A model generated the notes under the pieces. The model was not told where the DNA came from. It saw nothing but the letters and a program-made list of their open reading frames with translations, and did not search any database. Below are positions 1 to 11,450 of a DNA stretch of 64,000 nucleotides, piece by piece (the first letter of the stretch is position 1; every line of letters starts with the position of its first letter). The position numbers were made by a program, and so were the translations under genes. The stretch is from Bacteroidales bacterium (lineage in GTDB: Bacteria > Bacteroidota > Bacteroidia > Bacteroidales > VadinHA17). The stretch is from assembly GCA_032260385.1 (NCBI GenBank), contig JAVVEL010000006.1, forward strand, positions 37,918 to 101,917, read 5' to 3'.

Positions 1-1
1 C

Positions 2-253
2 AAATTCAAGTCTCCGGTTACCGATTTGGTTATTACCGATCTCCTGATGCCTGAGCAGGATGGCATCGGGCTTATTATGGAACTCAGGAAGATGCAACCG
101 GGGATAAAAATAATTGCTATCTCCGGGGGAGGCAAGATAGGTCCCTCTAATTATCTGAATGTTGCAAAAACCCTGGGTGCCGACGCAGTTTTTCCCAAAC
201 CTTTTAATCTGAATAGTTTTATTGAAGAAGTGGAAAAACTTGCCGGACAATAA
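2..253 (+). CDS. Response regulator receiver domain protein, C-terminal part (5' end outside window)
   Basis: The frame is open to the window edge. ...DLVITDLLMPEQDGIGLI...KIIAISGGG...ADAVFPKPF is the beta3-to-alpha5 part of a CheY-like receiver, with the acceptor Asp in the DLLMP context. Confidence 0.8.
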   Translation, partial: KFKSPVTDLVITDLLMPEQDGIGLIMELRKMQPGIKIIAISGGGKIGPSNYLNVAKTLGADAVFPKPFNLNSFIEEVEKLAGQ

Positions 254-342
254 GCCTTTAAGGATAGGGGCTTCGTGAACTTTCAACAGGAATGATTGTT
301 TATCTTAAAATAGAATTAGTCACCTTTTAAATACTATACAAA

Positions 343-843
343 ATGCTTAAAAAATCTGTTGAAGATCTGCTTAACAGGCAGATAGAAAGAGAAGGCTACA
401 GTTCCATACTTTATCTTTCAATGGCTTCATGGGCTGAGACCATGGGATATGCCGGGGTTGCAGAGTGGCTGTATGCCCAGGCTGAAGAAGAAAAGATGCA
501 TATGCTCAAAATAATAAGGTTTGTTAATGAAAGAAGCGGCAAGGCCCTTATCCCATCTTTTGACAGGCCTCCCGCAGAATTCGAAGGACTGAAAACAATG
601 TTTGACCGGGTCCTTGAGCATGAGCAGTATATTACCGGCAGTATAAACGAGATTGTCGCTGAAACAGAAAAAGAGAAGGATTATTCCACCAACAACTGGT
701 TGCAATGGTTTGTTTCAGAGCAGGTTGAGGAAGAAAACTCGGTACAGGCCATCATCGACAAACTAAATCTCGTGGGCGACCATAACCTGTATATGTTCGA
801 CAGGGATATAATGTCGATGAGAACAGGAGAAGACGGAGAATAG
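343..843 (+). CDS. ftnA: Non-haem ferritin
   Basis: 166 aa, a ferritin-like four-helix-bundle length. It has ferroxidase-type E/H pattern (QIEREGYSS..., AEEEKMHMLK, VLEHEQYIT, SEQVEEE). Confidence 0.9.
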   Translation: MLKKSVEDLLNRQIEREGYSSILYLSMASWAETMGYAGVAEWLYAQAEEEKMHMLKIIRFVNERSGKALIPSFDRPPAEFEGLKTMFDRVLEHEQYITGSINEIVAETEKEKDYSTNNWLQWFVSEQVEEENSVQAIIDKLNLVGDHNLYMFDRDIMSMRTGEDGE

Positions 844-994
844 ACGCGGGTTTCACCGGGAGCCTCACCAATAATCCGGGTTTCCATTTATCCTTTCCTT
901 TTATTATCGGGAAAAAGACCTTAATTTTGTTCTTTATTCTTTGATTTTTATTATTAAGGGGTAAGGAATAGAAATTAATGACAGGTAAAATTAA

Positions 995-3900
995 ATGAGC
1001 GTATTAAATAAGGTACTGGGAGTATTTCTCGGTAACAAATATGAGCGTGATCTGAAGGAGGTATCGCCTTTCGTTGACAGGGTCAAGCATGAATACGAAA
1101 AGCTTGGATCCCTGAGTAACGACGAACTGCGTTCAATGTCAGGGAAACTCAGACAAAGAGTAAAAGATTCAATAAAGGAAGAAGAGGATGAGATAAGGGC
1201 GCTTAAAGAAAAGGCGGCTGCTGAAGATGATGTTATTGCCAAAGAAGCCATCTTCGATGAGATCGATAAGATTGAGGAAAAGATTGACGTTAAACTTGAA
1301 AGCTTCCTCGATGAGTTGTTGCCCGGGGCTTTTGCCCTGGTAAAAGAAACGGCTAAACGTTTTAAGGAAAATGAGGTGATAGAAGTAACGGCAAGTGATT
1401 TTGACAGGGATCTTGCCGCACGAAGAGACAGCATTGAAATTAAAAAAGATAAGGCTTACTGGAAAAACAGGTGGATAGCCGGGGGCAATGAGATACAGTG
1501 GGACATGGTCCACTACGACGTTCAGCTTATCGGGGGAGTAGCCCTGCACAAAGGCAAAATTGCCGAAATGGCCACAGGTGAGGGTAAAACCCTTGTGGCC
1601 ACCCTGCCGGTGTTCTTAAATGCACTCACAGGCAGGGGAGTGCATCTGGTTACCGTGAATGACTACCTGGCACGGCGTGATGCTGAATGGATGGGCCCGA
1701 TATATGAGTTTCACGGACTTTCAGTGGATTGCATCGATAAGCATGAACCAAACTCTCCCGCCCGTCGCAAGGCTTACCTGGCTGACGTTACCTTTGGTAC
1801 AAATAATGAATTCGGCTTTGATTACCTGAGGGATAACATGGCAATCAATCCCGAAGACCTGGTCCAGAGAAAACATAATTACGCAATTGTTGACGAGGTC
1901 GACTCCGTCCTGATAGATGATGCCCGAACCCCCCTGATAATTTCAGGCCCCACAGCAAAAAGCGATACCCAGCAGTTTGATGAACTGAAACCCAGGGTTG
2001 AAAAACTTGTCAGTGCCCAGAAAAAACTTGTAACACAGGTTCTTGCTGATGCCAAAAGACTTATTAAGGAAGACAATACCGACGAAGGCGGACTTTTACT
2101 GCTTCGGGCATATAAAGGCCTACCAAAAAACAGTGCACTGATAAAATATCTCAGTGAGGAAGGCATAAAGTCGCTCTTACTGAAGACAGAGAATTTCTAT
2201 ATGCAGAATAACAGCAAAGAAATGCCTAAGGTGACTGATGCCCTTTATTTTGTCATTGATGAAAAAAACAATTCCATTGAACTAACCGAGAAAGGCATAG
2301 ATCTTATCTCTACATCGGTGGAAGATGCCAGCTTCTTCGTGCTTCCCGATGTGGGAGCCGAAATAGCCGAGATTGAGAGATCCGGCCTTTCAGAAAAAGA
2401 AAAATTTAAGGCCAAGGATGATTTGCTGCAGGATTTTTCTGTTAAGTCAGAGCGTGTGCATACCATGAACCAGTTGCTCAAGGCTTATACACTCTTTGAA
2501 ATAGACGTTGAATACGTTGTAATTGACAATAAGGTCAAAATTGTTGACGAACAAACCGGTCGAATAATGGAAGGCCGAAGGTATTCCGACGGACTCCACC
2601 AGGCCATAGAAGCAAAAGAAAGGGTTAAGGTTGAAGCGGCCACCCAGACCTTCGCAACTATAACACTCCAGAACTATTTCAGGATGTATCATAAACTGGC
2701 CGGTATGACCGGGACTGCCGAAACCGAGGCAGGCGAATTCTGGAATATCTATAAGCTGGATGTTATGGTTATCCCTACTAACGTGCCTGTCATAAGGAAT
2801 GATATGGATGATATGGTTTATAAAACCAAGAGGGAAAAATATAATGCCGCCATAGATGAAATACTTGATCTGAACAGCAAGAAAAGACCGGTACTGGTTG
2901 GTACAACATCTGTTGAAATATCAGAACTGCTGAGCAGGATGCTTAACATGAAGGGCATTAAGCACAATGTCCTGAATGCCAAACTCCACGCCCGTGAAGC
3001 TGAAATAGTGGCTGAAGCGGGTAAGGAAGGTGCCGTTACAATAGCTACCAACATGGCAGGTCGTGGTACTGATATAAAGTTGACCCCAGGCGTGAAAGAG
3101 GCCGGTGGTCTGGCTATAATAGGTACCGAGAGACATGAATCACGGCGTGTTGACCGTCAGCTCAGGGGAAGGGCAGGCAGGCAGGGTGACCCCGGATCAT
3201 CCCAGTTCTATGTCTCACTGGAAGACGACCTGATGAGACTCTTCGGATCGGAGCGGATAGCAGGCGTCATGGACCGCCTGGGACTGAAAGAGGGTGAAAT
3301 GATTCAACACCAGATGATCTCCAAGTCTATCGAAAGGGCACAGAAGAAAGTTGAAGAAAACAATTTCGGTATACGTAAAAGACTGCTCGAGTATGATGAT
3401 GTAATGAACAGCCAGAGGGAGGTGATCTATAAAAGGCGAAGGCATGCATTGCAGGGCAGCAGGCTCAGTGTTGATATTGCCAGTATGATGTATGATGTTT
3501 CCGAAAGTATTGTCAGTACCTACCTCCCCGAAGGAGATTATGAAAATTTCTCTATCGATTTACTAAGATCATTCTCAATGGAATCACCTGTTGATGAAAA
3601 AGCATTCCTCAAAATAAATGCTGATGAACTGATCGAGATGCTCAACAGGAATGTTATTGAGACATACAGAAGAAAGGTCGAGAAAATATCATCTGAAGCC
3701 TATCCTGTCATTAAGGATGTTTATGAGCGCCAGTCACATGTGTATGAAAATGTTGTGGTGCCCATATCAGACGGAACGAAGGTATACCAGGTTATAACAA
3801 ACCTTAAGGCAACCGTTGAATCAGATGGGAAGGAACTTGCCAGGTCTTATGAAAAAACAGTGGTGCTGGCTACCATAGATGAGCTATGGAAAGAACATCT

Positions 3901-4330
3901 GAGGGAGATGGATGAGCTTAAGCAGTCAGTCCAGAATGCAACATATGAACAAAAAGACCCCTTGCTAATTTATAAATTCGAGTCATTTGAACTCTTTAAA
4001 TCCATGATTGAACGGGTAAACAAGAGTGTCATATCTACACTGATGAAGGGGCATATACCCAGCCCTGACCCCGACCAGGTACGTGAGGCTGAACGAAGAA
4101 GAAGAACGGATATGAGCAGGTACAGGACTTCAAAGAGTGATTATTCATCCTACAGCGACACTTCAGGAGGAGGAGGGCAGCCCGAAAGGCCACAGAAAGC
4201 CGAACCTGTGAGGGTGGAAAAGAAAGTGGGAAGGAATGATCCGTGCCCATGCGGCAGTGGCAAAAAATATAAGCACTGTCACGGAAGGGTCAGCGCCGGT
4301 CCTCCCCAACAACCTCAGAAAGGAGTCTAA
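995..4330 (+). CDS. secA: Preprotein translocase ATPase SecA
   Basis: 1111 aa with Walker [11 protein letters not shown] and DEAD-like [21 protein letters not shown]. The C-terminal zinc finger is [14 protein letters not shown]. Confidence 0.97.
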   Translation: MSVLNKVLGVFLGNKYERDLKEVSPFVDRVKHEYEKLGSLSNDELRSMSGKLRQRVKDSIKEEEDEIRALKEKAAAEDDVIAKEAIFDEIDKIEEKIDVKLESFLDELLPGAFALVKETAKRFKENEVIEVTASDFDRDLAARRDSIEIKKDKAYWKNRWIAGGNEIQWDMVHYDVQLIGGVALHKGKIAEMATGEGKTLVATLPVFLNALTGRGVHLVTVNDYLARRDAEWMGPIYEFHGLSVDCIDKHEPNSPARRKAYLADVTFGTNNEFGFDYLRDNMAINPEDLVQRKHNYAIVDEVDSVLIDDARTPLIISGPTAKSDTQQFDELKPRVEKLVSAQKKLVTQVLADAKRLIKEDNTDEGGLLLLRAYKGLPKNSALIKYLSEEGIKSLLLKTENFYMQNNSKEMPKVTDALYFVIDEKNNSIELTEKGIDLISTSVEDASFFVLPDVGAEIAEIERSGLSEKEKFKAKDDLLQDFSVKSERVHTMNQLLKAYTLFEIDVEYVVIDNKVKIVDEQTGRIMEGRRYSDGLHQAIEAKERVKVEAATQTFATITLQNYFRMYHKLAGMTGTAETEAGEFWNIYKLDVMVIPTNVPVIRNDMDDMVYKTKREKYNAAIDEILDLNSKKRPVLVGTTSVEISELLSRMLNMKGIKHNVLNAKLHAREAEIVAEAGKEGAVTIATNMAGRGTDIKLTPGVKEAGGLAIIGTERHESRRVDRQLRGRAGRQGDPGSSQFYVSLEDDLMRLFGSERIAGVMDRLGLKEGEMIQHQMISKSIERAQKKVEENNFGIRKRLLEYDDVMNSQREVIYKRRRHALQGSRLSVDIASMMYDVSESIVSTYLPEGDYENFSIDLLRSFSMESPVDEKAFLKINADELIEMLNRNVIETYRRKVEKISSEAYPVIKDVYERQSHVYENVVVPISDGTKVYQVITNLKATVESDGKELARSYEKTVVLATIDELWKEHLREMDELKQSVQNATYEQKDPLLIYKFESFELFKSMIERVNKSVISTLMKGHIPSPDPDQVREAERRRRTDMSRYRTSKSDYSSYSDTSGGGGQPERPQKAEPVRVEKKVGRNDPCPCGSGKKYKHCHGRVSAGPPQQPQKGV

Positions 4331-5220
4331 ACAGTGGCTTTCAGCTTAAGGTCCTCAAGAGCTGTATTTATCCTGATCCCTGTTTGCCTTGATACTGCCG
4401 TCAGGGGAAGACGGAGGTAATTCTGACATAGTCCCAGGCTGTTCATCAGGGACTTGATGCCTGCAGGATTGCCATCAACAAAGAGAAGATCAATGAGTTC
4501 AGTATACTTGTAATGCAACTCTCGTGCATTGCTTATTTTCGATTTAAGGGCCAGGCTTACCATCTCTTTCCATTCGGACGGGAAAGCATTACCAAGAACT
4601 GATATTACCCCCGATCCCCCCAGGGTGATAATGGGCAGGGCTAAGAGATCATCGCCGGAGATGACAAGAAAATTATCAGGCTTGCCATTTATTATTTTCA
4701 TTACCTGGGCAAGATTGCCCGAAGCTTCCTTTATGCCAACAATATTATCAAAACCCCATGCCAGCTCGAGACAGGTTTCAGCATCAATATTGCAGCTTGT
4801 TCTCCCGGGTACATTATAGAGAATGACTGGTACCGGTGCTACCATTGAAATCTCTTTAAAATGAAGCATAAGTCCCTTCTGGCCGGGTTTATTATAGTAG
4901 GGTGCCACAGAGAGGATACCGTCTATCCCTTCAAAATCGGTTCGCTTTATTGTATCGGTTAACTGCTGGGTATTATTGCCTCCTATACCCAGGACAAGAG
5001 GTAACCTCCCGTTGTTTATCTCTTTAATATATGAGGCGGCAGCATCCCTTTCCTCCTGGTTTAGAGTTACCGCCTCACTCGTTGTACCCATAATAACAAG
5101 GTAATCACAACCACTGTCAATAACGTGACTGGTAATAACTTCCAATGCTTTGAAATCAACACTCCTGTCTGATTTGAAAGGTGTTATCATGGCTACACCA
5201 AGGCCTTCGAATTGTTTCAT
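4327..5220 (-). CDS. dapA: 4-hydroxy-tetrahydrodipicolinate synthase
   Basis: 297 aa DapA/NAL-family TIM barrel with [18 protein letters not shown] and YNVPGRT. The Schiff-base Lys context is GIKEASGN. Confidence 0.93.
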   Translation of the reverse strand: MKQFEGLGVAMITPFKSDRSVDFKALEVITSHVIDSGCDYLVIMGTTSEAVTLNQEERDAAASYIKEINNGRLPLVLGIGGNNTQQLTDTIKRTDFEGIDGILSVAPYYNKPGQKGLMLHFKEISMVAPVPVILYNVPGRTSCNIDAETCLELAWGFDNIVGIKEASGNLAQVMKIINGKPDNFLVISGDDLLALPIITLGGSGVISVLGNAFPSEWKEMVSLALKSKISNARELHYKYTELIDLLFVDGNPAGIKSLMNSLGLCQNYLRLPLTAVSRQTGIRINTALEDLKLKATV

Positions 5221-5241
5221 AGTGAAAATCCCTTTTTATTT

Positions 5242-5793
5242 TCATTTACTGGTATTGATCATCTCGAGGTAATATTTAACCTGTTGCAGGTAATAAACAA
5301 GGTCATTCTTTTTATCTATATTGATGGTCATATCCAATTTATCCTTGTATTCTGAGCTTTCCGGACCTACCTTGAATTCGGCCCTGGACAAGAGAGAGAT
5401 GAACCTGAGGGGAAAATGATTATTGTTATTTATGTCAATCAGGATCTCATAGGGAGTATTAATAAATTCATCAACGTCATCAGACGCGGGAATGAAGAAG
5501 ATATTAAGATCCGTCTTTTTAATACATGTGAGGTATCGTATCGCCGTATATTTGTCAGGGAGGACTGTTTTTGGATAGTAACAAACAATATCAACCTGTA
5601 TATTTATTTTTAGCATATCCTGGTAGAAGGCTGAAATAGCTTCAAAATCGTCTGTGTTGCTCCCATCCCACACTATCCCTATCTTATGTGCATTATGGAG
5701 ATTATTGAATTTCTTGTGACGTCTTATTCTTTTATGACGCTGCTTTAGTATGATCCTGCCAATTAATTGCCTTGTCCCTTTACAAAGTTCCAT
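5242..5793 (-). CDS. Hypothetical protein (basic N-terminus, no recognisable domain)
   Basis: 183-aa ORF with an ATG start, packed between ligA and dapA on the same strand. I recognise no motif. The coding call rests on ORF length and operon context. Confidence 0.6.
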   Translation of the reverse strand: MELCKGTRQLIGRIILKQRHKRIRRHKKFNNLHNAHKIGIVWDGSNTDDFEAISAFYQDMLKINIQVDIVCYYPKTVLPDKYTAIRYLTCIKKTDLNIFFIPASDDVDEFINTPYEILIDINNNNHFPLRFISLLSRAEFKVGPESSEYKDKLDMTINIDKKNDLVYYLQQVKYYLEMINTSK

Positions 5794-5836
5794 TTTGCAA
5801 ACCTAATCGATTTTTGGAGATTATATATTCTGAATA

Positions 5837-7870
<2,034 letters not shown>

Positions 7871-8983
7871 TTACTCCCATACTCCGTTAATTACTGTATT
7901 ACAGAATCTGCATCTGCCATTTTCCATATTATTGGCTGTAATGGTATATCCTCTCCGTTCAATAACCTTCTCTCCGCATTTATTACAATATGTGTCGGAC
8001 GCATGAGTGCCGGGAACGTTGCCTATATATACATGATTAATGCCTTCATCCCTTGCAATTTCCCACGCACTGTTAAGTATGCTTACAGGTGTGGGAGGGA
8101 GCTGTTCGAGCTTGTGCATTGGCGTGAACCTGCTGAAATGAAGGGGTGTGTCACTGAAACCGTTTGCATACAGCCACTTACACATTTCCCTTATTTCATC
8201 CAGCTTATCTGTCCATTCGGGAATTACCAGGTTTGTAATTTCCAGCCATACCTGCTCTTCTTTTAATGTCTTAAGAGTATTAAGCACGGGCTCAAGCTTT
8301 GCTCCTGTAAGTTTAAGGTAGGTTTTATCACTGAATGATTTAAGATCGATATTGGCTGCATCTATCACACTGCTGAGTTTAATGAGAGGTTCCTTATTAA
8401 TATAACCGTTTGACACCAGGATATTCCTCAGCCCCGATTGCCTGGCAAGTGTGGCTGTATCAAAAACGTATTCAAAGAATGTGATTGGTTCAGAATAAGT
8501 GTAGGATATTGATTTACACCGGTAATTATGAGCATTGCTGATAACTTCGCCGGGCATCAGATCAGTGTTGCGTGTTTTGTCGGGACCTGTCTGGGAGATG
8601 GTCCAGTTCTGGCAGTTCAGGCATGCCAGGTTGCATCCGGCCGTGGCAATGGAAAAAGTGATGGTTGAAGGCATGAAATGATACAAGGGCTTTTTCTCTA
8701 CCGGGTCAAGGTTGACGGCACATGGATTGCCGTAGGCCATGGTATATAATTTACCGTTTCTTACAATCCGGTTCCGGCAATCACTTAATTCACCCTCTTT
8801 TAAGACACATTCATTAGGACATATCCTGCACATAACTCCTTTGGCCGACTCTTCCTGGAACATGGCAAGCCTGTAATTCTTTTCTTTTACCTGGGGTGCC
8901 GGCTTCCCATGGAAAAGAGCCGGACAGGCAGTAATAGCTCCGGCACCCATAAGACACTTCTTAACAAACGCGCGCTTCTTCAT
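7871..8983 (-). CDS. amrS: AmmeMemoRadiSam system radical SAM enzyme with N-terminal signal-like extension
   Basis: CxxxCxxC motif GCNLACLNCQNW. The upstream Cys-rich region CRICPNECVLKEGELSDCRNR and DPVEKKPLYHF are typical of this family. It sits in cis with Memo and AMMECR1 domains. Confidence 0.85.
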   Translation of the reverse strand: MKKRAFVKKCLMGAGAITACPALFHGKPAPQVKEKNYRLAMFQEESAKGVMCRICPNECVLKEGELSDCRNRIVRNGKLYTMAYGNPCAVNLDPVEKKPLYHFMPSTITFSIATAGCNLACLNCQNWTISQTGPDKTRNTDLMPGEVISNAHNYRCKSISYTYSEPITFFEYVFDTATLARQSGLRNILVSNGYINKEPLIKLSSVIDAANIDLKSFSDKTYLKLTGAKLEPVLNTLKTLKEEQVWLEITNLVIPEWTDKLDEIREMCKWLYANGFSDTPLHFSRFTPMHKLEQLPPTPVSILNSAWEIARDEGINHVYIGNVPGTHASDTYCNKCGEKVIERRGYTITANNMENGRCRFCNTVINGVWE

Positions 8984-8997
8984 ATCCTCTTTCGTGT

Positions 8998-11445
8998 TTA
9001 TTGTTGACCCAGTTTCTTTATTCCGCTCACTAGCCGGTTTGTAATATAAGAGGCAAAATTAAAAAAAGCAAGAATAATGAAAGTCGATCTTATACCGCAC
9101 AGGGGTACCAGGATACCTGCCATAATCATAAAGCCCAGGGCTGCTCCACACATATCAGCAAAGTAAATGCCTGAGATAAGCTTTGAGCTTACCTCTTCTC
9201 CGGTCTTCCTCCGGTAATAGTAACCGGCCATTACGGCGGGAATAATTACAATTAGCAATGACAGTATGGCTGGTAGTGTTCCAATCTGTATATCAAGTAT
9301 TAATGGTGTTATAAGGGCAAATAACAAGGCCAGGATGCCAAGCATTACGGTAATTGTTTCTGTTAGCCACGGACTTGTTTTTAGCGCTGAAGAACTGCCA
9401 ATGGCGAGTCCTGCCATAACAACAGCTATTAATAAACCTGACAGCTGGTAAAAATTACCTGCTGTTGACTGTATAAGAATAAGTGCCAGTATTTCCGTAG
9501 CTGCAAGATTCAGAGAAGCACTGTACATGGTCCTGGAACTGTTGCTGCCTGTCAGGAAGGGAAGCAGCAATAAGAAACAGATAAGAAATAAAAACGGCAT
9601 CCTGTGCCTGCCTGCTTTTTTTAATTGATGCTTCTGTTTATAAAAAACAGCCCTGGGTTTATCCAGTATGTTTCCGGGCATAAGGTTGTCTATTAAGCCT
9701 TTTACCTGGTCGGAATTAAATTCTATAATCTGTTTATTCAGATAAAAGCTGTTTACATAAGTGGTTTCTATGCCATGGTCTTCTATGAGGTCCGGTATGT
9801 TCGCCGTTAGCATGTTGTCCGATGAAATCAGGTAAAGCGATTCTCCCCTGATGGGAAGGATATTTGAAAATACTTCGTCCAGGCTATTATATATGGCTGA
9901 CAAAGAACCTGTTTCTTCTTCGCTGATATAACTTCCTGACCCGCCTGTCTTAAGCAAGAAAATCCCCCCATCATTAAGTATCCTTTTCACATCCTCGAAA
10001 TATTCCCTTGTATAGAAACGGTTTGTGACAATATTTTCCGGCTCTGACAGCAGGGAGATTATAACGTCAAATTTTTTCTTTCTCCTGCGTATATAACTGA
10101 ATGCATCATCATTTATAAAAACCACCCCGGCACCGTTATATTTTATGCTGGTGTCTCTTGTGCAGGCAATCAGAACAGGATCGCGCTCAAGGTAGCTTAT
10201 GGATTTTACCGACCTGTATTTAAGTGCTTCCCTTATATGCTTATCGGCCCCTCCGGAAATGATAAGTATATCTTCAGGCTCCTCAGATTGTGCCATTGCA
10301 TAATGTATGTTTTCTTCTGTCTGCTTTTCATCCTGTTCAAAATCAATAAGCCTGTGATTGTAAAAAATACTCTGTGAACCCTTATATTCAGTGATTGCAA
10401 CATTTCCGTATTTGGAATCAATACTCTGTATTACCTTTACACCTCCCAGCAGCAGCTTCCTCAGGTATATATCAGGTTTAAATATTATCACGGTAAACAG
10501 ACACAATACCGCAACTCCTGTAAGCAATCTGAAATATCTGAATCTGCCTGCAATCAGATATACGATATAATACAAAATGATTGCAAGCACCAGTATCTGG
10601 AAATTACCGAGAATATTCCCGGTAACAAGAGTAACAATTATCCCGGCAATCATACTTCCCGTGGTTTCCAGTGCAAATGAGTTTCCCGGAAGTAAATGTG
10701 TCTCCCTGCTGGCATAAAAGGAAAGTTTCACAAAGAGGAAGCCTGACAGGAAGCAGAAGGGGAGTAAAGAAAGTCCTGTTATGACAAGGGTATAAATAAT
10801 TCCCGGTGTAACCCCTTCTTCTATCAATACTTTGGATAGAATAATAAATATAAGCAGGCTGATAATGCTTCCAAGGGGAAGAATGGCTGTTAAGCCTGAA
10901 AGATTGGCCTTTTTGTTTTTCCCGGCTATTTTGGCACCCAGGGCTGATATGAAAATCCAGAAGGCAAAAACAGCGCCTGCTGCTATTTCATAACCTCCTG
11001 ACAGGTTTAATATCTCACGGAGAAAGATAACCTGCACTGCGCCGGATATAAAACCCAGGATGAGAAGCATTATCCTGTAATTGAAAAAGGGCTCCCCGCT
11101 TACTTCATCTATTGTGAGCCCAGTATTTTTTTTACCGCTTATAGCAAAGATTCTTTTGTAGTAAGGAAGGTTCCATGTCAGGTGTATAATTGCCGTAAAG
11201 GACATTGCTATGCCGAAATCCACATGCCAGTTAAGAATCTTTTCAACTGACTCTATTTCCCATTGATAGTTTGACTGAAGGGCCAGGAAAATTCCAGCTG
11301 AAGCGGCTACGAGGAAGGTGATGATAAGAATGGTATTCCAGAAAGCCATGTGCCCCCTTCTGGTGATTATGCTGAATTTACTGGCGCCAAGGGTCAGGAA
11401 ATACAGGATGAGAAAAATAATGCCTATTATTACTACATGGTACAT
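8998..11445 (-). CDS. Polytopic membrane protein with central spermidine-synthase-like (class I methyltransferase fold) domain
   Basis: Many hydrophobic helices lie on both sides of a soluble domain (ILIISGGADKHIRE...FDVIISLLSEPEN...FYTREYF...GGIFLL) that resembles SpeE. Start moved to ATG 11443-11445 (MYHVVIIG). The track start at 11514 would overlap the upstream gene by 64 nt. Confidence 0.75.
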   Translation of the reverse strand: MYHVVIIGIIFLILYFLTLGASKFSIITRRGHMAFWNTILIITFLVAASAGIFLALQSNYQWEIESVEKILNWHVDFGIAMSFTAIIHLTWNLPYYKRIFAISGKKNTGLTIDEVSGEPFFNYRIMLLILGFISGAVQVIFLREILNLSGGYEIAAGAVFAFWIFISALGAKIAGKNKKANLSGLTAILPLGSIISLLIFIILSKVLIEEGVTPGIIYTLVITGLSLLPFCFLSGFLFVKLSFYASRETHLLPGNSFALETTGSMIAGIIVTLVTGNILGNFQILVLAIILYYIVYLIAGRFRYFRLLTGVAVLCLFTVIIFKPDIYLRKLLLGGVKVIQSIDSKYGNVAITEYKGSQSIFYNHRLIDFEQDEKQTEENIHYAMAQSEEPEDILIISGGADKHIREALKYRSVKSISYLERDPVLIACTRDTSIKYNGAGVVFINDDAFSYIRRRKKKFDVIISLLSEPENIVTNRFYTREYFEDVKRILNDGGIFLLKTGGSGSYISEEETGSLSAIYNSLDEVFSNILPIRGESLYLISSDNMLTANIPDLIEDHGIETTYVNSFYLNKQIIEFNSDQVKGLIDNLMPGNILDKPRAVFYKQKHQLKKAGRHRMPFLFLICFLLLLPFLTGSNSSRTMYSASLNLAATEILALILIQSTAGNFYQLSGLLIAVVMAGLAIGSSSALKTSPWLTETITVMLGILALLFALITPLILDIQIGTLPAILSLLIVIIPAVMAGYYYRRKTGEEVSSKLISGIYFADMCGAALGFMIMAGILVPLCGIRSTFIILAFFNFASYITNRLVSGIKKLGQQ

Positions 11446-11450
11446 AAAAT

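Noticed and set aside
295-320. Possible Fur box upstream of the ferritin gene (GGAATGATTGTTTATC)
   Set aside because: Only the AATGAT hexamer matches the GATAATGATAATCATTATC consensus, and the rest cannot be aligned without gaps. This is too weak to call.
991-1549. Two minus-strand ORFs (147 and 126 aa) antisense to the 5' part of secA
   Set aside because: The Ser/Leu-rich low-complexity translations mirror the Glu/Lys-rich SecA insertion on the opposite strand. They are shadow ORFs.
4327-4330. Convergent secA and dapA share overlapping stop codons (CTAA encodes TAA on + and TAG on -)
   Set aside because: It is real in the sequence but a common consequence of tight packing. Similar small convergent overlaps occur at folD/PD40 (4 nt), aroE/truA (27 nt) and amidase/YdiJ-like (12 nt). 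No special function is inferred.
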